A stretch of DNA of 64,000 nt, from positions 85,869-149,868 of the forward strand of contig JBNKOC010000009.1 of assembly GCA_050294405.1 (NCBI GenBank), written 5' to 3'. Positions within the stretch are counted from its first letter, which is position 1, and every line of letters starts with the position of its first letter. Positions 10,107 through 18,778 of the stretch are shown here, piece by piece. The DNA comes from Fibrobacteria bacterium. Lineage in GTDB: Bacteria > Fibrobacterota > Fibrobacteria > UBA11236 > JADFYW01. The position numbers and the translations under genes are program-made. Under the pieces are notes generated by a model. It saw only the letters and a list, made by a program, of their open reading frames with translations. It ran no database searches and was not told where the DNA came from.

Positions 10107-11235
10107 TTAAATATTGGCTGAGAATATGTTTTAATACATCGGAATTCACATGGGTTAAAACAGAGCTCCCATGGGTGGCCACTTTTCCAATGCGGGATAA
10201 CAATACGAATTTGGTATCGTCTCCGGTTTTTTTATTGTCCTTTTGGATTTCCCGAAATAAATTATCTGGATTTACAAAGTCATTAATGGGTGGGATGCAG
10301 TGAATCAGTTTGAGCAGGCGTTTTTGTTTTAGGTTATCTTCAGGGGCAAATACCCCCATAGCTTCTCCCAAATCACCAGCAATATGAAGCCCGTGCCAAA
10401 CGGCCTCTCCATGATAAAATTTTCCATTGGACAAATACTCTATGGCATGACCGGCAGTGTGGCCGTATTCCAGAATAAGGCCGAACTTTCTTTCGCTGGG
10501 GTCTTTTCTGGCGATTTCAAATTTTTGCTGGAGAGAATCGTAAATAACATTGTCTAAATCCTGCTGGCTGGGGTTTGACGAACATACCTTTAATGCTTTC
10601 TCGTAATGTTCTCCCCCTAAAATAAGCGCGTTTTTGCAATACTCCACTAAAGCTGAACGAATTTGCCGAACCGGTTCGGTGGATAGCCATTGAGAATCCA
10701 CAATAGCTGCTTTTGGAGTGCAAAAAACACCCAGGCGGTTTTTGCTGCCCGCAAAATTTACAGATTGCTTGTTGGAAACAATCACATCGGATTGCGCCAG
10801 CAAGGTAGTGGGAACTTGTAAAAAGGAAATGCCTCTGTAGAGCATGCTTCCAGCCAACCCACCTAAATTTAATATGACTCCCCCTCCAAAGTTTATGAGC
10901 AAGGATGACTTGCTGGCCCCTTTATCAAACATAAATTCGCAAATTTGTTCTAAGGATTGCAGGCTTTTGTTGTTTTCACCAGGGTCCATTATCCATTCAA
11001 AGACGGGAATGGAAGAATCGATTTGCGCTAGCAAGCCTTCTTTATGGAGAGGGTACACTGTGGTATCAGATAAAATAAAAATCTTGTCCGGCGATGTTTC
11101 TTTGATAACATTGGGTAAGACTTCTATGGAGCTTCGCCCAAAATAAATGGGCATTTTCCCTTCTAAAGGAGAAAATGTTGTTTTAACGACTTTAGAAGAT
11201 GCGTATGTCAAAATCAAAACCCCCACGCCAAACAA
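10093..11235 (-). CDS. Sugar-phosphate cyclase (DHQS superfamily), 2-deoxy-scyllo-inosose synthase-like
   Basis: GGGVILN, VPTTLLAQSD, S.KQSVN, E..KNALIL, GLILEYGHTAGHAIE, HGEAV, DNK motifs. The true start may be TTG at 11211. Confidence 0.8.
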   Translation of the reverse strand: MFGVGVLILTYASSKVVKTTFSPLEGKMPIYFGRSSIEVLPNVIKETSPDKIFILSDTTVYPLHKEGLLAQIDSSIPVFEWIMDPGENNKSLQSLEQICEFMFDKGASKSSLLINFGGGVILNLGGLAGSMLYRGISFLQVPTTLLAQSDVIVSNKQSVNFAGSKNRLGVFCTPKAAIVDSQWLSTEPVRQIRSALVEYCKNALILGGEHYEKALKVCSSNPSQQDLDNVIYDSLQQKFEIARKDPSERKFGLILEYGHTAGHAIEYLSNGKFYHGEAVWHGLHIAGDLGEAMGVFAPEDNLKQKRLLKLIHCIPPINDFVNPDNLFREIQKDNKKTGDDTKFVLLSRIGKVATHGSSVLTHVNSDVLKHILSQYLNAVL

Positions 11236-11451
11236 AAAACCAGGCCCTCAATTGCGGAATATAAATTACCGCAATTTTAACCCCCTTTATAATTAATTTA
11301 TAAAGAAACCAAAAAAAAATCTGCCGGGAAATGCTTAAAAAGCGCGTAAAAAGGGCTAAAAAAGCTACAAATTATCAATTTTTAGGCCCTTTTGCCTAAT
11401 CCCCCGGGCCAAACTTTTATAATTTACCCCTAGCCATTAGCAAAGGAAAAT

Positions 11452-12645
11452 ATGGGTCATCCAGTTCAACTCACTTACTGTACTAACGTGCATTCCATGC
11501 CCGATTATGATAGCTGGAAAAAGGAAATTGGCTTTTTCGGTCCGCAGGTTCGCTCTGAATTATCCTGGGAGTTTTTAAATATGGGTTTGTGGTTTCAGGC
11601 AGAATTGGCCCATGGGGTGATCTGGAACAAAGAACATGGGGCTCTGAAACTAAAAGAATTTTTAGCAGAAAATAAACTGGGAGTGTTTACGTTAAACGCT
11701 TTTCCTTTTGGAAATTTTCACGATGAGGTTGTGAAGAAAAATGTGTATTTACCTGATTGGTGTGATATATCTAGAGTGCAATACACATTAAATTGTGCCA
11801 AGTTGCTTTCCCATTTGCTTTCAGATGGAAATGATTACGGTAGCATTTCAACCTTGCCTTTGGGATGGCGAACAGGTTTTAACGATGAAAAAATGATAAA
11901 AGCCGCAGAGAATTTGTTGGAGGTATCTCAAGAACTGGAACAATTACATCAAAATACAGGAAAGCAAATTCGTATTTGCATTGAACCTGAGCCTGGTTGC
12001 GCCTTGGAATTTACGCCCCAAGTCGTGGAGTTTTGGGATAAATACTTGCGTCCTGCAGCTGAAAAAAAATTTGGGAAAAACTTTCCACTGACAAATTACT
12101 TGGGACTATGTTATGACACTTGCCATCAAGCGGTTCAATTTGAGAATTCCGCAGAATCCCTGGATTTACTAATGAACAATGAAATACCCATTGGAAAGAT
12201 ACAACTTTCCAATGCGCTGGAGTTTTTTCCTGAGGAAATGAACCTTGCGAAAAAACAACGGGAAAGTTTCTGCGAAAAAAAATTTTTGCACCAAACCAGA
12301 ATAATGGGGAATGAGGGCCTTATTTGTTTTGACGACTTAAATGAGGCCATGGAAACACAAGTTTCAAATTATGATTATCCATGGCGAACGCACTATCATG
12401 TGCCTCTAATGTATTCCACTATGGCAGATAGCCAAAAAATTGGAAATACTATCTTGGAAATGTTTAAGGCCATTGACTATGTAATTAAGTACGGGCTATG
12501 TTCGCATTTTGAAGTGGAAACCTACACTTGGACGGTTTTACCTGAACATATAAGGCCTAAAAATAAAACCGATTTGGCAAAATCTCTGGCTGCGGAAATC
12601 CGCATGGTGGATGATTATTTCCATAAAACAGCCGAGGAAAAATAA
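11452..12645 (+). CDS. eboE: Metabolite traffic protein EboE (TIM barrel)
   Basis: 'LTYCTNVH', 'TLNAFPFGNFH..VVK..VYLPDW', 'EPEPGC', 'CYDTCHQAV', 'GKIQLS', 'WRTHYHVP', 'EVETYTW.VLP'. Confidence 0.9.
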   Translation: MGHPVQLTYCTNVHSMPDYDSWKKEIGFFGPQVRSELSWEFLNMGLWFQAELAHGVIWNKEHGALKLKEFLAENKLGVFTLNAFPFGNFHDEVVKKNVYLPDWCDISRVQYTLNCAKLLSHLLSDGNDYGSISTLPLGWRTGFNDEKMIKAAENLLEVSQELEQLHQNTGKQIRICIEPEPGCALEFTPQVVEFWDKYLRPAAEKKFGKNFPLTNYLGLCYDTCHQAVQFENSAESLDLLMNNEIPIGKIQLSNALEFFPEEMNLAKKQRESFCEKKFLHQTRIMGNEGLICFDDLNEAMETQVSNYDYPWRTHYHVPLMYSTMADSQKIGNTILEMFKAIDYVIKYGLCSHFEVETYTWTVLPEHIRPKNKTDLAKSLAAEIRMVDDYFHKTAEEK

Positions 12646-12661
12646 ATACAGGATTTACAGC

Positions 12662-14035
12662 ATGACAAAACTTGCAGTTATTAATGTAGTTGGGTTAACT
12701 CGTTCTTTAATTGGAGAGAATACCCCTCACATTAAAAATTTTTTTGAGGGAGGATGGAATCTCCGGTTAGAAGAGCCGTTTCCAGCAGTAACATGCACCA
12801 GCCAGGCTAATATGCTAACTGGCGAGCAGCCAAGCGAACACGGAATTGTTGGCAATGGATGGTATTTTAAGGATTTGGCCGAAGTTGGATTTTGGAAACA
12901 AAATGATGGGTTAGTCCAGGGTGAAAAAGTATGGGAAACTCTTAAGAAACAAAATCAAAATTTCACCTGCGCCAAAATTTTTTGGTGGTACAATATGTAT
13001 TCAGATGTGGACTGGAGTATTACCCCCCGGCCTTTGTATCCTGCTGATGGAAGGAAAATATTCGGAGTATATACCCAGCCCATTGAAATGGGCCAGGAAA
13101 TTGAAAAAGATTTAGGCAAGTTTCCCTTTATGAATTTTTGGGGTCCAGCATCAGATATTCCCAGCTCAGACTGGATAGCCCAATCTGGAAAATGGATTTT
13201 TGACAAGCACCAACCTGATTTAAATTTGGTCTATTTGCCTCATTTGGATTATCCCCTGCAAAAACATGGCCCTAAATATGAGGGGCTAGGTAAAGAATTA
13301 AAAAAAATAGATGATGTTGTCGGTGACTTGCTGGACTTTTATGCAAAAAATAATACTTATGTTATGCTTGTGTCTGAATACGGCATTACTGAAGCAAAAA
13401 GTTTTTCCCATCCCAATAGAATATTGAGGGAAAATGGATATGTTCAGGTTATCCCAAGTTTAAGCTGGGAATTGCTGGATTGCGGGGCCAGCAGGGCTTT
13501 TGCCGTATCCGATCACCAAATATGTCACATATACGTAAAAAACAAATCCGAAATCGAAAATGTGGCGTCTTTGTTTGAGGGTAAGCCAGAAAATAAAGAT
13601 GTTATTTATGGAAAACGAAAAATAGATTTGGGATTAGACCATGATAGGGCGGGGGATATTATTTTAATGGCAAGTCCTGAGCATTGGTATACTTATTACT
13701 ATTGGATGGATGATGATAAAGCACCAGATTTCGCACGATGTGTGGATATACACAGAAAACCGGGTTATGATCCGGTGGAGTTGTTTTTAGATCCGGATTT
13801 AAAAATTCCCAAAGCAAAAATTGCCATGACCTTGTTAAAAAAATCTATGGGGTTTAGATATTATATGGATGTTATACCTTTAAAGCCCGAGCTGGTGAAA
13901 GGCACCCATGGCACCGCAGTTGAAGGAGTGGATGAAGGGCCTGTATTAATATCAAACTTTTCTAAGGCCAATCCCGGGCTCGAAATTATGCCAATGCACA
14001 GGGTTAGAGATGTTATTCTGAAACACTTTGAGTAA
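12662..14035 (+). CDS. eboF: Alkaline phosphatase / nucleotide pyrophosphatase family protein, EboF-like
   Basis: 'INVVGLT', 'PAVTCTSQ', 'HGIVGNGWYF', 'FWWYNMY', 'YLPHLDY', 'DIHRKPGYDPVELF', 'VKGTHG'; directly follows eboE. Confidence 0.85.
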   Translation: MTKLAVINVVGLTRSLIGENTPHIKNFFEGGWNLRLEEPFPAVTCTSQANMLTGEQPSEHGIVGNGWYFKDLAEVGFWKQNDGLVQGEKVWETLKKQNQNFTCAKIFWWYNMYSDVDWSITPRPLYPADGRKIFGVYTQPIEMGQEIEKDLGKFPFMNFWGPASDIPSSDWIAQSGKWIFDKHQPDLNLVYLPHLDYPLQKHGPKYEGLGKELKKIDDVVGDLLDFYAKNNTYVMLVSEYGITEAKSFSHPNRILRENGYVQVIPSLSWELLDCGASRAFAVSDHQICHIYVKNKSEIENVASLFEGKPENKDVIYGKRKIDLGLDHDRAGDIILMASPEHWYTYYYWMDDDKAPDFARCVDIHRKPGYDPVELFLDPDLKIPKAKIAMTLLKKSMGFRYYMDVIPLKPELVKGTHGTAVEGVDEGPVLISNFSKANPGLEIMPMHRVRDVILKHFE

Positions 14036-14054
14036 ATAAGCCCTTACATTTAAT

Positions 14055-15938
14055 CTAGCCATAGTACTTTTTTACAAAGTATTCGTTTTCAGGTTTAAGC
14101 CAGCCCATTCTTTTCAAAAAAAGGAAAATAACCACCATTTTTACTACGAGCCAGGAACTGGATTTTTTTGTTTTCCACCTTCTTGGCGATACTAACACAG
14201 ACTGGGGGCAAATACTGTAGTCCCCATTTGCTTTTAGGTTATAGCTTAGGTTAACATCTTCCATTAGCGGCATATTTTCTAATAACCGAAGTTCTTTCGC
14301 CTTTTTGGTTAGGATGTATTGTCCCTGATCCCCAAAGGCAATGCCTAAATATTTTGCTCTGATATTGTTTAGCATTTGAATGGCATTAAGTTTTCTTTTT
14401 AAGGCCTTGTCGAGACGATTACTGTCGAATTTCATTTCGTTCCATCCGCCTAATGCTTTCGGGTTTGAGTTAGAGGTTAATAAAATATTTTTAAAAAAAT
14501 CGTCTGATATTTTGCAATCTGCGTGAAGAAATACGCAAATATCTTTTTGAGCTATTTCTAAACCGGTTTTGAGTTGATAGCCTCGGCCTTTTCGGGGGCT
14601 GTTTATAAATTTGCAAGGATGTTGTTGAGTTAAGGCCGAAGTGTTGTCAGTGCTGCCGGCATCAACAATAATTATTTCATGCTGGATGCCATTCAGGGAA
14701 TGTTTTGCTTGGTTTAAAATGGATTCTATGTTTTTTTCTTCGTTTAAGGTAGGGATAACCAATGAAATACTGTTATATGTTTGTTTATTAGTTGGCTGCT
14801 TTTGCCTTTTGAAGACCAATAAACTATGTATGCAGCTAATGTAAAATAAAATCCAAATCGTAAAATTAAATACATGGTTTTCTTTCCAAATGCCGGAGTA
14901 GAAAAAATCGTAATTCATGGGCAATAGCCCCAAAGGCAAAATAAGACTGAGGAAAATGAAAGGCCGGGATGGGTTGAAAACCAAAAAAGGAAATATTAAG
15001 GATAGGTACCAAGGGTGTATGGTGGGTGAAAAAATTAAAAAGCTGGCAGCAATATATAGTCCTAATTTTTCTACTCTAGGTTCTGTTAACCATAGTACAA
15101 AGACCAAAGGAGTACATATTAATAATATGGCTAATTGGGTATAGCTTCCTAACAGGAAATTTAGTTTGGGATATAGAAAACTATTAAAGGAATGGTTTTG
15201 GGCAAAAACCCAGAAGCTCCCAAAGTTTCCCAGTTGCCCGGTGAACATAAAATAGGAAATGGGCACAAACAAAAATACAGGTAAAAAATAGAGGCTTTTT
15301 TTGTGAACCAGTAATGGTATAAACATAATGGGCAAAATCTTTATACCGCTGGCAATGGTTAACATTACTGCCGATAGAAAATATTTTTTTTTATTTAGAC
15401 ACAATATAAATACAGCTAAAAGTGGAACAATAAAAGCGTCCAAATGGAGTTCTCCGGAAAAATAAAGAAGCGGAAGTGGGTTCCAGCCATAAATCAGCAA
15501 ATGTTTATAAGGTTTTTTATTTTGCTTTAACCATAAGGACATTAATATTAATGCAAAAATTTCCGACATAAAAATGGCTATACGCAAGATGAAAGGAGAT
15601 GGGTAATAGTTTGCCATGTTCTTTAACATGAGTAAGCTTAAGGGTGGATAAATCGCGGGTAATTCTGGATGATTTATTTTTGTCCATAGCTCATCTCTGG
15701 AGTTTTTTAGCAAAGTATGGTCGGGCGCCGTTTCATAAGGGTTAATATTTTGCTGCTGAATTTTTCCTTCCCAGGCGTAGCGGTAATAGTCATCACCTGG
15801 GGGATAGGTTAGGAATAAGAGCCTGATAAAGAGGGATGAAACCAAAACTATGGATAAATTATGTGGAGTTTTATTTTTAGAATAAAAAACAACATAGACC
15901 ATGGAAAGGGATATGGCTAACATGGCCAGAGCCTGCAA
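14055..15938 (-). CDS. Fusion of a GT-C (GT87/DUF2029-like) membrane glycosyltransferase and a TIGR04283-type GT2 domain
   Basis: N-part 'DDYYRYAWEG...NPY...IYPP...WNPL...HLD...HPWY' with many TM helices; C-part 'VIPTLNEE..DAGSTD..FLHAD..FGDQG..PLMEDV..SPRRW'. Start codon uncertain. Confidence 0.75.
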   Translation of the reverse strand: MQALAMLAISLSMVYVVFYSKNKTPHNLSIVLVSSLFIRLLFLTYPPGDDYYRYAWEGKIQQQNINPYETAPDHTLLKNSRDELWTKINHPELPAIYPPLSLLMLKNMANYYPSPFILRIAIFMSEIFALILMSLWLKQNKKPYKHLLIYGWNPLPLLYFSGELHLDAFIVPLLAVFILCLNKKKYFLSAVMLTIASGIKILPIMFIPLLVHKKSLYFLPVFLFVPISYFMFTGQLGNFGSFWVFAQNHSFNSFLYPKLNFLLGSYTQLAILLICTPLVFVLWLTEPRVEKLGLYIAASFLIFSPTIHPWYLSLIFPFLVFNPSRPFIFLSLILPLGLLPMNYDFFYSGIWKENHVFNFTIWILFYISCIHSLLVFKRQKQPTNKQTYNSISLVIPTLNEEKNIESILNQAKHSLNGIQHEIIIVDAGSTDNTSALTQQHPCKFINSPRKGRGYQLKTGLEIAQKDICVFLHADCKISDDFFKNILLTSNSNPKALGGWNEMKFDSNRLDKALKRKLNAIQMLNNIRAKYLGIAFGDQGQYILTKKAKELRLLENMPLMEDVNLSYNLKANGDYSICPQSVLVSPRRWKTKKSSSWLVVKMVVIFLFLKRMGWLKPENEYFVKKYYG

Positions 15939-16005
15939 CCAGGGGTGTTTTCCCAGCGGTCCGGAAATAGAAAGTGTTATACATCCGGCAAGAACTGGGA
16001 TTAAG

Positions 16006-16623
16006 CTAAAAATCTGGATTCCTTTTTAAAAAAGTCTGATAATCCTCTACCGTATCCACATCCCACCATTTGGGCAAAATGTATGCGGGCTTATTAAGTT
16101 TTTCGCATATATCCAGGGTTTCTTTGAAGACAGTATTTTCCCCCCAGGAGATATTTTCAAAAATTTCAGGAATGGGGTGTCCCAATCCAATTAAATAATA
16201 CCCGCCATCATGGCTTGGACCTATGCATATATCGTGAGTTTTAAAGCTGGCAAATGCATTGTTTATATATTCCAAAGGCAAATCCGGACTATCTCCTCCA
16301 AGTATAACCAGTTTAGCATTTGATGTTTTAAATTGAGAGTTTATTGCGTTGGATAGCCTTTGGCCTAAATTTCCCCCAATCTGGGGGTGGAAATGAGTTC
16401 TGTTTGAAAATACTTCTTTGAGCCAAAGTGGGTTCTGGGTTTCAGAATAGTAAACATGAACTTCATAATTATGGTTCAAATTCTTTTTGGAAAGATACAA
16501 TATGAATTTTTTATAAATTTCTGTGGCCTTCTCCATTCCAAGTACGGCGCCCAAACGGGTTTTTACCTTACCAACCACGGGCTCCTTTAAAAATAACAGC
16601 AGCTTATTAGTGCTGGCGTCCAT
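16006..16623 (-). CDS. TIGR04282 / DUF2064 family transferase (CofC-like)
   Basis: 'K.P..GKVKTRL', 'Q.GGNLG.RL', 'GGDSPDL', 'GPSHDGGYYLIG', 'DVDTVED'. Confidence 0.85.
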   Translation of the reverse strand: MDASTNKLLLFLKEPVVGKVKTRLGAVLGMEKATEIYKKFILYLSKKNLNHNYEVHVYYSETQNPLWLKEVFSNRTHFHPQIGGNLGQRLSNAINSQFKTSNAKLVILGGDSPDLPLEYINNAFASFKTHDICIGPSHDGGYYLIGLGHPIPEIFENISWGENTVFKETLDICEKLNKPAYILPKWWDVDTVEDYQTFLKRNPDF

Positions 16624-16630
16624 GATAGTT

Positions 16631-18385
16631 TTACAAGCGTCTGGGAACGCGAATTTGCTCCACCAAATCCTGAATATGTTTTGGAGGGGCGGGAGTAAAT
16701 CTGGATACTATGACGGCTGTAATAATATTCAAAATCATTCCTACAAAACCTATTCCCTCAGGGCTAATATTAAAAAGCCAGTTTTCCGATGTATTTGCTG
16801 CGGGGTTAACCCACTTAAAATAAACTATATACACCGTTGTAAAAACTAAACCCACCAACATACCTGTAACAGCTCCTTCTTTATTCATCCTTTTAGTGAA
16901 TATCCCCATAATTATAACCGGGAAAAAAGAAGAAGCGGCAAGACCGAAAGCAAAGGCCACCACCTGTGCTACAAAACCAGGTGGATTAATTCCAAAGTAC
17001 CCCGCGATAACAACGGCCACAGCTGCCGCCAGTCGGGCGGCCAAAAGCTCCTGGCGCTCATTGATTTTAGGGTAAACCACTTGCTTTAGCAAGTCGTGAG
17101 CAATGGAAGTGGATATTACCAATAACAATCCTGCAGCTGTGGATAAAGCTGCGGCCAGCCCGCCTGCAGCCACTAAAGCTATTACCCAGTTAGGCAATTG
17201 AGCAATTTCGGGGTTAGCCAATACCATAATATCTTTGTCTACATACAATTCATTTGAGCCTTGGCTGGGACTATTGCTTAATTGCCTCTCTCCCCAGTTA
17301 CCGCGGGCCTCTACAAAGGAAGGAGCTCCTTCAAAAGCCGGTCCCGGACCGTATTGAATTTTTCCATCTAGGTTTTTATCCATCCAGGCGATAAGTCCGG
17401 TTTTTTCCCAATTTTTAAACCAAGCGGGAGCTGTGGCATATTCGGCATTGGCAATGGTATGGAGCAAATTTGTTCTGGCAAAGGCAGCCACCGCAGGTGC
17501 CGTGGTGTAAAGGATAGCAATAAAAAGCAAAGCCCAACCCGCCGATATTCTAGCCTGGGCTACTTTTGGCAAGGTGAAAAACCGGATAATAACATGAGGA
17601 AGGCCTGCGGTGCCAAACATAAGGGCTCCGGTAATGCAAAATACATCCCAAATATTTTTACTGCCATTTGTATAGGCAGAAAACCCCAAATCGCTGCTTA
17701 ATCCATCCAGTTTATCCAGCATATACATCCCGGAGCCATCATTAAGTTGGGCTCCAAATCCCAATTGAGGCAAAACATGACCAGTAAGCTGTATGGAAAT
17801 AAATATGGCGGGCACTAAATACGCAAATATAAGCACGCAATATTGGGCCACTTGGGTGTAGGTAATGCCCTTCATTCCTCCGAGAACTGCATAAAAGAAA
17901 ACAATGGCCATCCCAATTAAAACGCCCGTATTAATGTCCACTTCCAGAAAGCGGCTGAAAACAACTCCCACTCCTCTCATTTGGCCAGCTACATAAGTAA
18001 AGGAAACAAATATGGCGCAAAACAGGGCGATGACTCTGGCGGGCTGGGAGTAATACCTTTCTCCCACAAAATCGGGAACGGTATATTTTCCAAATTTTCG
18101 TAAATAGGGGGCAAGGAGCAAAGCCAATAACACATATCCACCGGTCCAGCCCATAAGGTAAACAGAACCATCTCTCCCCATAAAAGAAATTAACCCAGCC
18201 ATGGAAATAAAAGAGGCTGCGGACATCCAATCTGCAGCGGTAGCCATTCCATTTGCCAGTGGGGAAACTCCACCTCCTGCGATATAAAAATCTTTGGTGC
18301 TTTTGGCTTTAGACCAAAAGGCAATTCCAATGTATAGAAGAAAAGAAAGTCCTACGAGTAAATATGTCCAGCTCTGAATACTCAT
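16631..18385 (-). CDS. actP: Sodium:solute symporter, ActP/VC_2705-like (cation/acetate symporter)
   Basis: 'NGMATAADWMSAASF', 'GTAGLPHVIIRFFT', 'GGLAAALSTAAGLL'; many TM helices. Confidence 0.8.
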   Translation of the reverse strand: MSIQSWTYLLVGLSFLLYIGIAFWSKAKSTKDFYIAGGGVSPLANGMATAADWMSAASFISMAGLISFMGRDGSVYLMGWTGGYVLLALLLAPYLRKFGKYTVPDFVGERYYSQPARVIALFCAIFVSFTYVAGQMRGVGVVFSRFLEVDINTGVLIGMAIVFFYAVLGGMKGITYTQVAQYCVLIFAYLVPAIFISIQLTGHVLPQLGFGAQLNDGSGMYMLDKLDGLSSDLGFSAYTNGSKNIWDVFCITGALMFGTAGLPHVIIRFFTLPKVAQARISAGWALLFIAILYTTAPAVAAFARTNLLHTIANAEYATAPAWFKNWEKTGLIAWMDKNLDGKIQYGPGPAFEGAPSFVEARGNWGERQLSNSPSQGSNELYVDKDIMVLANPEIAQLPNWVIALVAAGGLAAALSTAAGLLLVISTSIAHDLLKQVVYPKINERQELLAARLAAAVAVVIAGYFGINPPGFVAQVVAFAFGLAASSFFPVIIMGIFTKRMNKEGAVTGMLVGLVFTTVYIVYFKWVNPAANTSENWLFNISPEGIGFVGMILNIITAVIVSRFTPAPPKHIQDLVEQIRVPRRL

Positions 18386-18399
18386 TGTAAACTGCTTGC

Positions 18400-18663
18400 C
18401 TATTTTTCTTCCTGCATATCGTGTTCTTTATCCAGTTTTTTCATCCAGTAGGCGTAAAAAAAGATGAGCCCAACAAAAATGTAAATAGAACCTTGTTGGG
18501 CAAACCAAAATCCCAGTTTGAATCCGCCCCATTTGAAATTATCCAACCAATCCACAAACAAAATTCCGCAGCCAAAAGAGGCGAAAAACCAAATGGTTAA
18601 TAAAATCCATAAAATTTGGAGGTTTTTTTTCCAATAGCGTTTTTGTTTATCATTTAGAGACAT
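18400..18663 (-). CDS. DUF4212 small membrane subunit of solute:sodium symporter
   Basis: 'YWKKNL...GF.LGFWFAQQGSI'; immediately upstream of the symporter. Confidence 0.85.
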   Translation of the reverse strand: MSLNDKQKRYWKKNLQILWILLTIWFFASFGCGILFVDWLDNFKWGGFKLGFWFAQQGSIYIFVGLIFFYAYWMKKLDKEHDMQEEK

Positions 18664-18778
18664 AGCTTCCTCTTTAGTTTGGCTCTTTTTGGAAAAATTT
18701 CTCTGTAAAAGCGATTAAGGTAGGAAAATTTTCTGAGACGAGCTGAAAACTTTGACAATTTGTTAAATTGCATCCCGA

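Noticed and set aside
10093..11235. Calling the cyclase aroB
   Set aside because: Its motifs (KQSVN, EYGHT, GGG-x3-N) differ from canonical DHQS and no shikimate genes are adjacent.
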